From positions 64,001-128,000 of the forward strand of contig CBDDBZ010000039.1 in the NCBI GenBank assembly GCA_965225945.1: 64,000 nt of DNA. Direction: 5' to 3'. This DNA comes from Alphaproteobacteria bacterium (lineage in GTDB: Bacteria > Pseudomonadota > Alphaproteobacteria > GCA-2731375). Under the pieces are notes generated by a model that did not search any database, was not told where the DNA came from, and worked only from the letters and a program-made list of their open reading frames with translations. The number at the start of each line of letters is the position of its first letter. Position 1 is the first letter of the stretch. The position numbers and the translations under genes are program-made. Of this stretch, positions 41,943-53,798 are shown piece after piece.

Positions 41943-42192
41943 TCGGAACTCCAAACCTCAACACAGGATCGACCCATCCGTTACGCCACCGACCTCACCG
42001 CCCGGCACCACGAACTACCGCTGAAAGCGGTTTCGTTCTGTGGCTATACCCGGGCGTGGCCCAGTTGCGATCGGAACTCCAAACCTCAACACAGGATCGA
42101 CCCATCCGTTACGCCACCGACCTCACCGCCCGGCACCACGAACTACCGCTGAAAGCGGTTTCGTTCTATGGCTATACCCGGGCGTGGCCCAG
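41943..42192. repeat. Tandem duplication (period 128 bp) of the IS91-like end plus flank
   Basis: 41943-42064 and 42071-42192 differ by one base. Confidence 0.93.
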
Positions 42193-42215
42193 GCGATGAA
42201 GCCCATGGCGTGCCG

Positions 42216-43121
42216 CTAGCGGTTCGAGGCCGTGGGCGCGAAGTCGCTCGCCCGCTCGTCGCGCTCGGTGCTGGCCAGCTCGCTCGCCGGATCGCCGGCG
42301 ACGCGGGTGTGGCGCAAGACCCGGGCCTCGTTATAGTCGTAAGGGCAGGCCCGGTGCAGCACGCAGCGATTGTCCCAGATCACCACGTCACCCGGCCGCC
42401 AGGCATGGCTGTAGGTCCTGGGCGGCTGGCAGGCGAAGATCAGCAGGTCGTCCAACAGCGCCTGGGCCTCGGCGTCGTCCATTCCCGGAATGCGGTAGGC
42501 GTGGCGGCCGATGAAGAGCGACTTGCGCCCGGTCACGGGATGGGTCTTCACCAGCGGGCGCAACGGCGCGCCCTTGGTGTGGTAGCCGTAACCGTCGCCG
42601 GTCTTGAATTCGTAGCCGAACTTGACCTGGCTCTGGTACAGCGAGTGATAGGCCGAAAGGTCGGCGATGCGCGCCTTTCGGATATCGTCGAGTTCGTCCC
42701 AGGCGGCCCGCATGTCGGCCAGTCCCGTCTCGCCGCCGATCGAGGGCACGACCTGGGCCGACAGGATCGAGGCCTTGGCCGCGAGCGGCATGTAGGAGCT
42801 GTCGGTGTGCCAGCCCTCGTTGCCGCGGAGCTGCTTGTAGCGTTGCTCGTCCGGTTGCAGGAGGGTTCCGTCCGGCTTCCGGTTGCTCACCGAGACGGCC
42901 TTGATCTCGGGGTCGTCCCTGAGCAGCTCCATCTCGCCGAAGCGCAGCGCGAAGGCGATCTGCGCTGCGTCGTCTAGATGCTGCTCCGGGAAGATCAGCG
43001 CGGCGTATTCATGAAAGGCATCCTCGACGCTTTGCCACGTGGCCTCGTCCAATTGGGCGAGGTCGATATCGGTGATGGTGGCGCCGAAGGTGGCGTCGAG
43101 GGGCGTGATGGTCGGTTCCAT
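42216..43121 (-). CDS. TauD/TfdA family dioxygenase
   Basis: WHTDSSY, HPVTGRK, WDNRCVLHR. Confidence 0.92.
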   Translation of the reverse strand: MEPTITPLDATFGATITDIDLAQLDEATWQSVEDAFHEYAALIFPEQHLDDAAQIAFALRFGEMELLRDDPEIKAVSVSNRKPDGTLLQPDEQRYKQLRGNEGWHTDSSYMPLAAKASILSAQVVPSIGGETGLADMRAAWDELDDIRKARIADLSAYHSLYQSQVKFGYEFKTGDGYGYHTKGAPLRPLVKTHPVTGRKSLFIGRHAYRIPGMDDAEAQALLDDLLIFACQPPRTYSHAWRPGDVVIWDNRCVLHRACPYDYNEARVLRHTRVAGDPASELASTERDERASDFAPTASNR

Positions 43122-43376
43122 GAGGCGCTCCTGACCAGGGGGTTCGGCGACGGCGGGGCCCGCCGCCGCGCTCTCGCCGGGTTGGTAGCATAGTATGGCG
43201 AGGGAGGCGTGGTGAAGGCAAGTTCAGACGCTGTCGCGCGCGCGGCGGAAATCGTCCTGAAAGCTGGCGAAGCCGTGGCCATTACCAAGCGCCGCCTCGG
43301 GCTGGTCGGCGACGCGCGGGGCTGCTATACCGCCGCCGTCCTCGGCGCCCGGCGCCGGCGGAAGGGAGCGGTGGAC

Positions 43377-43970
43377 ATGCGCACGGCGAGCCTCGATAGA
43401 GAGACCACAGAGACCAAGATCTCGGTCACGCTGAACCTCGACGGCGACGGCGACCACGACGTCGCCACCGGCATCGGCTTTCTCGACCATATGATGCAAC
43501 AGCTCTCGCGCCACAGCCTGATCGACCTTCGGGTGCGGGCCGAGGGCGACCTGCACATCGACTATCACCACACCACCGAGGACGTCGGCATCGTCATCGG
43601 CGAAGCAGTTGCACGCGCGCTCGGCGAGCGCAAGGGCATCACCCGCTACGGCGATGCCCTGATCCCGATGGACGAGACCCTGACGCGGGTCGCCCTCGAC
43701 CTCTCCGGCCGGCCCTATCTGGTCTGGAAGGTCGAGTTCACCCGGCCGAAGCTGGGCGAGATGGACACCGAATTGTTCCACGAGTGGTTCAAGGCCTTCG
43801 CCCAGGGCGCCGGCGCGACGCTGCATGTCGAGACCCTTTACGGGATCAACAACCACCACATGATCGAGAGCTGCTTCAAGGGCCTGGCGCGGAGCCTCAG
43901 GACGGCGGTGGCGATCGATTCCCGCAAAGCGGACGCCGTGCCCTCGACCAAGGGCAGGCTCGGTGACTGA
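43377..43970 (+). CDS. hisB: Imidazoleglycerol-phosphate dehydratase
   Basis: [25 protein letters not shown]. Confidence 0.96.
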   Translation: MRTASLDRETTETKISVTLNLDGDGDHDVATGIGFLDHMMQQLSRHSLIDLRVRAEGDLHIDYHHTTEDVGIVIGEAVARALGERKGITRYGDALIPMDETLTRVALDLSGRPYLVWKVEFTRPKLGEMDTELFHEWFKAFAQGAGATLHVETLYGINNHHMIESCFKGLARSLRTAVAIDSRKADAVPSTKGRLGD

Positions 43971-43978
43971 GGGCGCGC

Positions 43979-44434
43979 ATGGCCAGCGTCTACACCGTGC
44001 AGCTTCCGCCGGGCGGCGCCCCGGGCGAGGCGATCCTGATCGCCGAGGGCTTCTCCGGGCCGGCGCTGCTGAGCGGGCCCGTCTGGCTGATCTGGAACCA
44101 GGCCTGGTACGGCCTGCTCGCCTATTCGGCCGTCGGGCTGGCCCTGGCGGGCATCTGGAGCGCGATCGATCCCGCGAGCCACGCCCTCCTGGTGCTCGGT
44201 TTCCTCTGGCTGGTCGGCGCCAGCGCGAACGATTGGCTGCGGCGGGAATGGTCGCGCCGGGGCTGGCGCATGGTCGATCTGGTGCTCGCCGGCAACCGGA
44301 CCCAGGCCCTGATCATCCATCTCGGACGCTCCGCGCGTGATCACAGGTCCGCCGCGCCACCGCCTGAGGCGACGCCTCGTCGCGCCTTGTCCGTCGGCGG
44401 CTCGGCCACACCGCTCGCGCCCTGGTCGCCATGA
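43979..44434 (+). CDS. DUF2628-like membrane protein
   Basis: EGFS..A..GP.WL, hydrophobic helices, GW.MVDLV; lies between hisB and hisH. Confidence 0.75.
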   Translation: MASVYTVQLPPGGAPGEAILIAEGFSGPALLSGPVWLIWNQAWYGLLAYSAVGLALAGIWSAIDPASHALLVLGFLWLVGASANDWLRREWSRRGWRMVDLVLAGNRTQALIIHLGRSARDHRSAAPPPEATPRRALSVGGSATPLAPWSP

Positions 44435-45078
44435 GCGATTCCGTCGCCATCGTCGACTATGGCTCGGGCAACCTGCGCTCCGCCGCCAAGGCCTTCGAGC
44501 GGGCGGCGCAGGACCTGCCGCTTTCGGTGATCGTCACTTCCGAACCGGAGCTGGTGGCGGCGGCGCGTTGGATCGTGCTGCCCGGCGTCGGCGCCTTCGC
44601 CGATTGCCGGCGCGGGCTCGCCGCCGTCGATGGGCTGGAGGCGGCGCTCCGCGAAGCGGTGATCGCGCGCGCTCGGCCCTTCCTCGGCATCTGCGTCGGC
44701 ATGCAGCTCATGGCGCGGCGGGGCTTGGAGCACGGCGTGCACGAGGGGCTCGGCTGGATCGACGGCGAGGTGGCGGCGCTCCGGCCCCAGGACCCGGGCT
44801 TGAAGATCCCGCACATGGGATGGAACGACCTCGCCTTTCCCGCTGGCCCCCGTCATCCGGTCTTCGCCGGCATCGCCCAGGGTCGCCATGTCTACTTCGT
44901 GCATGGCTACGGGTTTCGAAGCGTCATCCCCGAGCAAGTGTTGGCGGTGGTCGATTACGGTGGCCCGCTGGTCGCCGCCGTCGGGCGCGACAATCTGATC
45001 GGGACCCAATTCCACCCCGAGAAGAGCCAGGCCGTGGGCCTCCGCCTGATCGCTGGCTTCCTCGCCTGGAAACCCTGA
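44431..45078 (+). CDS. hisH: Imidazole glycerol phosphate synthase glutaminase subunit
   Basis: DYGSGNL, LPGVG, GICVG, PHMGWN, QFHPEKS. Confidence 0.96.
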   Translation: MSDSVAIVDYGSGNLRSAAKAFERAAQDLPLSVIVTSEPELVAAARWIVLPGVGAFADCRRGLAAVDGLEAALREAVIARARPFLGICVGMQLMARRGLEHGVHEGLGWIDGEVAALRPQDPGLKIPHMGWNDLAFPAGPRHPVFAGIAQGRHVYFVHGYGFRSVIPEQVLAVVDYGGPLVAAVGRDNLIGTQFHPEKSQAVGLRLIAGFLAWKP

Positions 45079-45121
45079 GGTGAGCACGGCTCGACGCGGC
45101 CGGGCCGGGCCGCCACCTTGG

Positions 45122-45262
45122 CTAGAGCAATATCCAAACGGATCGAACCGGTGCGGTTCGATCCGTTTGGATAAAATTGCTCTATTCTTCAATAAGATAG
45201 AGCAGCTTTATCCGCCGGTTGGATCGCTGAAAGCGATTCCAACCGGACGGATGCTGCTCTAG
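45122..45262. repeat. RIME/BRU-RS-like palindromic MITE between hisH and hisA
   Basis: CTAGAGCA...TGCTCTAG ends; two long internal hairpins separated by an AT-rich spacer. Confidence 0.8.
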
Positions 45263-45276
45263 TGGGGGGCGCGGCG

Positions 45277-46013
45277 ATGATCCTCTATCCGGCGATCGAT
45301 CTGAAGGAGGGCCGCTGCGTCCGCCTGGTCCGGGGCGAGATGGCGCGCGCGACCACCTTCAACGACGATCCCGCCGACCAGGCCCGCACCTTCGCCGCCG
45401 CCGGCTTCGCGCGGCTGCACCTGGTGGACCTGAACGGCGCCTTCGCCGGCCGGCCGGTGAACGCCCGGGCGGTCGAGGCGGTGCTGGCGGCGGTCGAAGT
45501 GCCGACCCAGCTCGGCGGCGGCATCCGCGACGCGGCGAGCGCGGAGGCCTGGCTCGCGGCTGGTATCGACCGGGTGATCCTCGGCACCCTCGCCTTGGAA
45601 GCGCCGGAATTGGTGACGGCGCTCGCGCGGCGCCATCCGGGCCGGATCGCCGTCGCCATCGATGCGCGCGACGGCAAGGTCGCGGTGGCCGGCTGGGCGC
45701 GGCAATCGGGGGTGCCGGCGATCGACCTCGCGCGCCGCTTCGAGGACGCGGGCGCCGCGGCCATCATCTATACCGACATCGAGCGCGACGGCGTCTTGGG
45801 CGGCCTCGACGTCGCCGGCACCGTGGCCCTGGCGGAAGCGATTTCGACGCCCGTCATCGCCTCCGGCGGGGTTGGCGGCATCGAGGATCTCCGCCGCCTG
45901 AAGGAGGTGGAAGGCGCCGGCATCGAGGGCGTGATCGTCGGCCGGGCGCTCTACGACGGACGGCTCGAGGCGAAGGCGGCGCTGGCGCTTCTCGAGGGCG
46001 AGGGGGCGCGGGC

Positions 46014-46020
<7 letters not shown>
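45277..46020 (+). CDS. hisA: ProFAR isomerase
   Basis: [29 protein letters not shown]. Confidence 0.96.
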
Positions 46021-46780
<760 letters not shown>

Positions 46781-46781
<1 letters not shown>

Positions 46782-47284
46782 TGCGCTCGCTCGTGCTCTT
46801 CCGCCATGCCCGGGCCGCGCCGGTGGTCGGCCCGGAGGATCACGCGCGAGCGCTCGGCGCGGCCGGCCGGCGGGCGGCGGCGGCGATGGGCCGGCGTCTC
46901 GCGGCGCTCGAAATCCGGCCCGATCGGGTGCTCTGCTCCAGCGCGCTACGCGCCATCGAGAGCTGGGAAGAGGCGCGCGAGGCCTGGGCCGAGCCGCCGC
47001 CGGTGACCGAGGCGCGGGCCCTCTATCTCGCCGATGCGGGCGATCTGCTCGAAATGATCAGGGAGGTTGAGGCCGGTGCCGAGACGCTCATGCTGGTTGG
47101 CCACAATCCGGGGATCCACCAGTTCGCGCTCGCGCTCATCGCCGAGGGCGAGGCGGACGCGCTGGCCCGGCTCGGGCGAGGCTTCCCGGCGGGCGCCGTC
47201 GCCGTGTTCGATTTCGCGATCCTGGACTGGCGCGGGATCGACGGCGGCAGCCGTTTGCGGCATTTCCTCGCGCCGGAAGGATAA
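46781..47284 (+). CDS. SixA-like histidine phosphatase
   Basis: LFRHA, CSSALRA, VGHNP. Confidence 0.8.
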
Positions 47285-47338
47285 GTGCCGCCGCGCATCG
47301 CTGTTCCCGCGCCGGGCGGTCTCGACTAGACTCCGCCC

Positions 47339-49099
47339 ATGACCGAGGGCACCGAGCGCAAACTGGCGGCCATCGTTTCCGCCGACGTCGCCGGCTACAG
47401 CCGCCTGATGGGGCTAGACGAGGAAGGCACCTTGGCGGCGTTGAAGGCGCACCGCGCCGCCGTCGATCCGGTGATCTACAGCCATGGCGGCCGTATCGTG
47501 AAAACCACGGGCGACGGCCTGCTGATCGAGTATCCGACGGTGATTTCCGCGGTTCGGGCGAGCCTCGCCACCCAGCGCAGCATGGCGGAGCGCGACGCCA
47601 TGCTGCCCGACGACCGCCGCATGCGGTTTCGCATCGGCGTCCATGTCGGCGAAGTGATGGTCGACGACGACGATATCTTCGGCGACACGGTGAATATCGC
47701 CGCGCGATTGCAGGAACGGGCCGAACCGGGGGGCATCGCCCTCTCGGGCGCGGCGCGCGACGCGACTCATCGCCAGGTCGACGCGGCCATGATCGATCTC
47801 GGTCCTCAAGCGCTCAAGAACATCGCGGAAGACGTCCAGGTCTGGCGAATCGACATGGACGATACCCAGCAGGCAGGCCTCAGGGCGGCGGCGGCCCGGC
47901 CCGAGCGGGAACGCTCGGCGATCGCCGTGCTGCCCTTCGAGAACATGTCGAACGACCCCGAACAGGAATATTTCGTCGACGGCATCACCGAGGATCTGAT
48001 CACCGCCCTGTCGTTGATCCGCGACTTGAAGGTGATCGCCCGCAACTCGACCTTCGCCTACAAGGGCAAGGCCAAGGACGTGAAGTTGATCGCGGCGGAG
48101 CTGGACGCGCGCTATGTCCTGGAGGGGAGCGTGCGCAAGGCCGGCAACCGGGTGCGGATCACCGCGCAGCTGATCGATGCCGACAACGGCCAGCACATGT
48201 GGGCAGAGCGCTTCGACCGGCAGCTCGACGACATCTTCGAACTGCAGGACGAGATCACCGGCAATATCGCCAGCCGCGCCGCGCCGACCCTGCAGCGGAA
48301 CGAAATCGAGCGTGCTCGACGGCGGCCGACCAGCGATCTCGACACCTGGGACATCTACCTTCGCATGCTCCACCACTACCACCGCACGTCGAAGGACGAC
48401 GTTCTGACCGCGATGGAGCTCTGCGAGCGGATCAAGGCCCGCGATCCCGACTTCGCGCCCGCCTACTATTTCGGCGCGCTACTGGTGATGTTCGGGGCTC
48501 AACAGCGCTACATCGCACTCTCGCCCGTGGTCTGGCGGGACATGCTGACGAACGTCGAGCAAGGGGTGGCGTTGGCTGGCGACGACTTCCTCGCCCACGC
48601 GATCCTCGCCTTCGCCTATGCCTTCTCTGGCCGACACGAGGAAGCGCTCAACCATGGACGGCAAGCCCTGGATCTGAACTCCTATTCACCCCGCGCCTGG
48701 TTCGCCCTGGGCACCGCGCTCTGGTCGAACGGCGATCACGGTGAGGCGGCAGAACACATGGAGACGGCCTGGCGGCTCGGCACCAACGATCCGGACCGCT
48801 TCCACTGGGCGGCCGTTCTGTCCTTCGTCCACTACCAGTTACGCAACTACGACGCGGCGCTCTCCTGGGCGGAGCAGTGTTTGAAGTTGATGTCCAATCA
48901 TTCCCAAGCCATCGGCTGCCGCGCGGCGGCGCTGGCGCAGTTGGGCCGCGTCGACGAGGCGCGAGCGGCCCTGGTGCCCTTCGAGGAGCGCTTCCCCGGC
49001 ACGTCGGCCTCGCGACACTTGCGCAACTTCGGCTGGCGTCTGCAAGAGGATCTCGACCACTATCGCGACGGTTTGGTCAAGGCGGGCCTGCGGGCGTGA
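47339..49099 (+). CDS. Adenylate/guanylate cyclase with TolB-like and TPR domains
   Basis: RKLAAI..ADV.GYS, GDG, GDTVNIAARL, SIAVLPF, TPRs. Confidence 0.9.
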   Translation: MTEGTERKLAAIVSADVAGYSRLMGLDEEGTLAALKAHRAAVDPVIYSHGGRIVKTTGDGLLIEYPTVISAVRASLATQRSMAERDAMLPDDRRMRFRIGVHVGEVMVDDDDIFGDTVNIAARLQERAEPGGIALSGAARDATHRQVDAAMIDLGPQALKNIAEDVQVWRIDMDDTQQAGLRAAAARPERERSAIAVLPFENMSNDPEQEYFVDGITEDLITALSLIRDLKVIARNSTFAYKGKAKDVKLIAAELDARYVLEGSVRKAGNRVRITAQLIDADNGQHMWAERFDRQLDDIFELQDEITGNIASRAAPTLQRNEIERARRRPTSDLDTWDIYLRMLHHYHRTSKDDVLTAMELCERIKARDPDFAPAYYFGALLVMFGAQQRYIALSPVVWRDMLTNVEQGVALAGDDFLAHAILAFAYAFSGRHEEALNHGRQALDLNSYSPRAWFALGTALWSNGDHGEAAEHMETAWRLGTNDPDRFHWAAVLSFVHYQLRNYDAALSWAEQCLKLMSNHSQAIGCRAAALAQLGRVDEARAALVPFEERFPGTSASRHLRNFGWRLQEDLDHYRDGLVKAGLRA

Positions 49100-49168
49100 C
49101 GCCGTAGCCGCCGCGCTCAGGCCTCCACATCACCCGTGATGGTCGCCGCCTCTCGTCGCGCCGCCGCG

Positions 49169-50113
49169 TCAGCCGCCGGCCCGGGCCATGATCTCCTCGC
49201 CGATGTGGTCGATCCGCTCCAGGCTGGCGGCAAGCGACGTCGCGCGGATGTCGAAGATCAACTCGGAGACGCCGAGCCCCTCGTAGGCGTGGATGTCCTC
49301 GATCACGTCGTCCGGCCCGCCGGAGAAGGGCCGCCGCTCGCCGGGCGCGTCGCGCAGGCCCGGGTCGTAGAGCGGCGCCTTGAAGGAAATCGTCAGCGTG
49401 TCGAAATCGCGCCCCTCGCCCTCGCAAGCTTGCTTCAGCTCGCTGACCAAGGAGGCGAATTCGGCGGGCGCGAGCGGCACCGCCCGGGTGGCGCCGACGG
49501 GATGCCAGCCGTCGCCGTGCCGTGCCGCGCGGCGGATGGCGGCGCGGCTGTGGCCGCCGATCCAGATCGGCGGATGGGGTTTCTGCACCGGATGGGGTAG
49601 GCAGCTGAGCGGGGCGAAAGAATAGAACTCGCCCTCGTAGGACGCGGGATCCCGGGTCCAGAGCGCCTTGAAGATCTCGATGTATTCGTCGCTCGCCTTG
49701 CCGCGGGCGTGGAAATCGGGGGACCGGAGCGCCTCGAACTCCTCCTTCATCCAGCCGACCCCGACGCCCACCGTGACCCGGCCCCCCGAGAGCACGTCGA
49801 TGGTGGCCAGCGCCTTCGCCGTCAGCAGCGGGTTGCGGTAGGGAATTACCATGACGCTGGTGACCAGGCGCAGACGATCGGTATGCGCGGCGATGAAGCT
49901 CATCAGCGCCATCTGCTCCAGCGCATCGCCATGGCCGGGGAAGGCGCCATCGACGGTATAGGGATAAGGCGAGTTGATCTCGACGGGGAAGACCACATGG
50001 TCGGCGATCATCACCGAATGAAAGCCCTTCGCCTCGGCGCGGCGGACCAGAGCGGCCAGCGCCTCGGGCGTGGCGTTCTCGCCCCGCGTCGGCAGATAGA
50101 ATCCGTACTTCAC
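49169..50113 (-). CDS. LLM-class (F420/flavin-dependent) oxidoreductase
   Basis: ADHV, DVLSGGR, GVGW..EEF, PPIWIGG. Confidence 0.88.
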   Translation of the reverse strand: MKYGFYLPTRGENATPEALAALVRRAEAKGFHSVMIADHVVFPVEINSPYPYTVDGAFPGHGDALEQMALMSFIAAHTDRLRLVTSVMVIPYRNPLLTAKALATIDVLSGGRVTVGVGVGWMKEEFEALRSPDFHARGKASDEYIEIFKALWTRDPASYEGEFYSFAPLSCLPHPVQKPHPPIWIGGHSRAAIRRAARHGDGWHPVGATRAVPLAPAEFASLVSELKQACEGEGRDFDTLTISFKAPLYDPGLRDAPGERRPFSGGPDDVIEDIHAYEGLGVSELIFDIRATSLAASLERIDHIGEEIMARAGG

Positions 50114-50338
50114 TCGGCGTCCTCCCCGTCCCCTCGCCCGATGGCACTCTACCCCCGAAGGCGCCAGGGGCGCGATAGACACGGCCACCAGGCCGGCTGA
50201 GAGCGCCAGTATTGGGGCGACGAAGTGGTGCGCTCGCCGCATCGCCGAGCGTCCAGCAGTCGGCCGATGCGGGCTTGCTCGACACCGTGAGGGGAGGTCA
50301 TCCGAGAGCGCGACCCCCTCAGCCTCGTTTCCGAGCCC

Positions 50339-51201
50339 TCAGAAGGGCCTCGAGCCGTTCACTGTAGTGCGGTACATCAGGCGGCGCTGCGGCAGCTCGT
50401 AGTCGCGAACCGCGATATGCTGGACCGCACAATTGTCCCATATCAGCAAGTCGCCGCCGTGCCACTTGTGGCGATAAATAAATTCCGGGCGCGTGCAACG
50501 CTCGGAGAGCTGCTTTATCAGGGTCAAGCTTTCCGTGTCCGCCATGCCGACGATACCAACGCACTCCCCCTCGCGGACGTAGATGCATTTTCGCCCCGTG
50601 ACCGGATGGATGCGAACCATCGGATGGACGACGTCCGGGTGGCGGTCGACTTGTTCGGCACTGAGTTCGACGGCCTTCTCGAAGCCTCTGGGCTTGGCGC
50701 TGAAGCGGTGTACGGCCTGGAGGCCTTCGAGCCGCCGCTTCTCCGCCGTCGGCAACGAGTCATAGGCTGCCGCCACGCTGGCTGAAGAGCGTGTCTCCGC
50801 GCACCTCGCCATCGACTTCCGGCACTTCGCACTTCGCGCGCAAGGAGCATTGTGCACCGTGGCGGCGTGGCCGTGTACGACATGTCGCTGTGCCAATGGC
50901 TGCCGGCGTCGCCATAGCCGATGTTCCTGCCGTCTTCGACGACGTTGGAAACGACGAGGATTTCCGGATATCCCTCGAGGGCGTATTTGTCGAACGCGTT
51001 GACCTCGATCTCGCCGAAGCGCCGGCTAAAGCCCAAAAACTGCTCTGGCGTGATGCTTTGATCGCGGATGACGATCACGGCGTGTTCGTTCAGCGCGCCG
51101 TCGATCTGGGCGAAGGTGTCAGCCTCGATCGAGCCGGCGAGAGCGATCCCGGTGATTTTAGCGCCGACAGGAGCGTCGCATTGTCGAACCGTCAGGGTCA
51201 T
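50339..51201 (-). pseudogene. TauD/TfdA dioxygenase with two frameshifts
   Basis: HWHSDMSY and WDN..QH lie in different frames; 7-bp GCACTTC duplication at 50822-35 and one extra base near 50784. Confidence 0.85.
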
Positions 51202-51343
51202 CGTCCCGCCAAACACCGCCAGCCCACGCCATCCCTGGACGTAGAGCCCTTGCATCGGAATGGACTATTGATCGCTTCGTTCGATCTCCGTCGATGATAA
51301 TACAATCGAAGCAGCGCTCCTCGATCATCTGGGGAATGTCGGT

Positions 51344-52150
51344 CTAGGGAGACAGGACCGCCTCCAAGTTCATGGCAACGGCTTTGACGATCTTGAGTGC
51401 GTCGATCGCGCCGCCGGCCTCGCCTTTCTCAAAGTCGCCGTGGGTCGTGGCCATGGCATTGGTGACGTGGGCGAGGCAGGCGATCGGCAGCCCGCGCGCC
51501 GCCGCGAGCGCATAGAGCGCCGCCGATTCCATCTCGATCGCCGCCAGGCCGAGCGCGTTGCCGCGTTCGATCACCTCGGCGGTTTCGCGAAACGGCGCAT
51601 CGGTGGTCCATGTCGCGCCTCTATACACATCCGCTCCGCAATCGGCGATCGCCGCGCCGAGGCGCACCAGTAGGCCGGGGTCGGCGTGGGCGTAATCTTC
51701 CGCCGGCCGATAGTGATAGCTCGTGCCTTCGTCCCTCAAGGCGCGCTCCACGAGGACGAAGTAAGGACGGGGGCCCAAAGGCGCAAGCTCGCCCGAGGAG
51801 GTGATGGAGAGCAAAAGCCGGCAGCCCGAGGTGAACATCTGCTCGGCGACCAATACTGCATAGGGCGCGCCCACCGCACAGCCGACGATTCCGACGCGCC
51901 GGCCGCCGAGTTCGAAGCCGTGCATGGCCGAGTGATAGCAAGCCCAGTCTCCGACCAGCTCGGCCATGCACGTGAGCGTTACATGTCGGACGATGTCGCC
52001 ATCCGGGTCGAGCAGGCAAAGCTCGGGGACGTGCGCCTGCTCGAGCTCCTTCTGCCGCCGCGCCTCTCGCAAGAGCGCGTCAGGTGCAAAGACCGACGGC
52101 GCATCGTGGTCCTTGTGGCGAAGGATGGGTGGGAGGGGCTTATCGTTCAC
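51344..52150 (-). CDS. Nucleoside phosphorylase family protein
   Basis: GAPYA, ALRDEGTSYHY, WTTDAPFRET, EMESAA. Confidence 0.85.
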   Translation of the reverse strand: MNDKPLPPILRHKDHDAPSVFAPDALLREARRQKELEQAHVPELCLLDPDGDIVRHVTLTCMAELVGDWACYHSAMHGFELGGRRVGIVGCAVGAPYAVLVAEQMFTSGCRLLLSITSSGELAPLGPRPYFVLVERALRDEGTSYHYRPAEDYAHADPGLLVRLGAAIADCGADVYRGATWTTDAPFRETAEVIERGNALGLAAIEMESAALYALAAARGLPIACLAHVTNAMATTHGDFEKGEAGGAIDALKIVKAVAMNLEAVLSP

Positions 52151-52441
52151 GAAGATCTCCGGGCAGCGCTGCAACAGATCTAGCAACACATCGCGACAGG
52201 GCATCCGCCGCCAGTATCGCTGCAAGCCTCCTTTGAGTGCGCCCTTCGGCCATCCTCTGCACCCAGCTTCTTGCTGCACGACGATGCTAGCCGGATGATC
52301 GAAATCGATCCAGTTCCATGCCGGACATCTTCATGTGCCATTGACATTCAGGCGCCGGCGCGCCGACTTGCGGGCCGGGTCGGCCCGGGGCAGGATCGGC
52401 CGAGCGGCCACGGCGCACAGCGGCGGACGGGTAGAGCGGAG

Positions 52442-53791
52442 ATGCAACAGGATTCCCGGGGCTTGCCCCTCACCACCAGCAGCCCGGAGGCGGCGGCGCA
52501 CCTGGAGCGGGCGATCGAGAGCTTCAACTATTGGAAGGTCGACGTGATGGACCATCTGGGGGCGGCGCTCGAGGCCGATCCCGATTGCCCCTTCGCGCAC
52601 ACCTTCAAGGGGATCTTCCTGGCCGGCGGCCGGAGCGAGCAATACGCCAGCGTGATCGCGGCTTCCATCGAGGCCGCCCGCCCCGGCCTGGCCGACGTCT
52701 CGGACCGTGAACGGCTCTATTTCGAGGGGCTGGAGCAGGCCGCGGCCGGCCGGCTGATGGACGCGGCGCGGAAATACGAGGCGGTCCTGGACGCCCATCC
52801 GAGCGACCTCTTTGCCCATCGCATAGCGCAGCAGGAGTATTTTTGGATGGGCCGGGCCGAGTGCATGCGCGACATGGTCGAGTTGGCGGCGCCCGCCTGG
52901 GGGGAGGCGACGGCGGACCTCTCCATGTTGCTCTCCTGCCGCGCCTTCGGCAACGAGGAGGCGCTGAATTACCAAGCGGCCGAGCGCCATGGACGCAAGG
53001 CCGTGGAGATGGACCCGAGCGACACCTGGGGCGCGCACGCGATCGCGCACGTGCTGTTGATGCAGGGCCGGTTCGACGAGGGGATCGATTGGCTCGAGGG
53101 GTTGGCGGACAATTGGGAGGGCCGGAACCAGATCGTCCATCACCTCTGGTGGCACCTCTGTCTCTTCCTCTTGGAGAAGGGCGCGCACGACCGCATCTTG
53201 AGCCATTACGACGACTATATCCGCAACCCCGAATCGGCCTTGGTGAAAGCGGTGCCCGACGCCTATATCGACTTGCAGAACTGCGCCTCGTTGCTGCTGC
53301 GGCTCGAACTCCGGGGCGTCGACGTCGGCCCCCGCTGGGAGGCGATCGCCGACGTGGCCGAGGGCCGCCTCGACGATCACGCCAGCCCCTTCACCGATGC
53401 CCACGTGGCGATGATCCTGGCCGCCGCGGGTCGTAATTCGCAGGCCGCCCTGCTGGTCGAATCCATGCTGGCCCGCTCGCTCGACGACGACGGGCCCCTG
53501 GGCGTCGCGCTCGGCCGCGCCGCGATCCCCGGCGCCCGGGCGGCGATTTCGCATCGCAAGGGTGATCACGAGGGCGTGGTGGCCGCCTTGATGGCGGCGC
53601 GCCACGAGTTCCCGGACATGGGCGCCAGTCATGCCCAACGCGACATCTTTTACCAGATGCTGGTCGATTCCTGCCTGAAGTCGGGCCGTGCCGACCTGGT
53701 GGCCACGCTGATCCAGGAGATCGAGCAGATCGGCTTCGCCCAGGTGGACGGCCGCACGCTCTATAGCGACGCGGCCACCGAGGCGAGCTAA
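52442..53791 (+). CDS. TTC38-like TPR protein
   Basis: D.WGAHA.AHV, HLWWH, GASHAQRD. Confidence 0.85.
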   Translation: MQQDSRGLPLTTSSPEAAAHLERAIESFNYWKVDVMDHLGAALEADPDCPFAHTFKGIFLAGGRSEQYASVIAASIEAARPGLADVSDRERLYFEGLEQAAAGRLMDAARKYEAVLDAHPSDLFAHRIAQQEYFWMGRAECMRDMVELAAPAWGEATADLSMLLSCRAFGNEEALNYQAAERHGRKAVEMDPSDTWGAHAIAHVLLMQGRFDEGIDWLEGLADNWEGRNQIVHHLWWHLCLFLLEKGAHDRILSHYDDYIRNPESALVKAVPDAYIDLQNCASLLLRLELRGVDVGPRWEAIADVAEGRLDDHASPFTDAHVAMILAAAGRNSQAALLVESMLARSLDDDGPLGVALGRAAIPGARAAISHRKGDHEGVVAALMAARHEFPDMGASHAQRDIFYQMLVDSCLKSGRADLVATLIQEIEQIGFAQVDGRTLYSDAATEAS

Positions 53792-53798
53792 GGACGCA

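Larger units (their letters stand above)
36879..42038 (-). mobile_element. IS91-like rolling-circle element encoding a tyrosine recombinase and a Y2 transposase, interrupted by IS21
   Basis: Long terminal hairpin at 36879-36957; other end CGAACTACCGC-tgaaa-GCGGTTTCGTTC. Confidence 0.75.

Noticed and set aside
41943-42192. Iteron origin or CRISPR
   Set aside because: Only two long copies, coinciding with an IS91-like terminus
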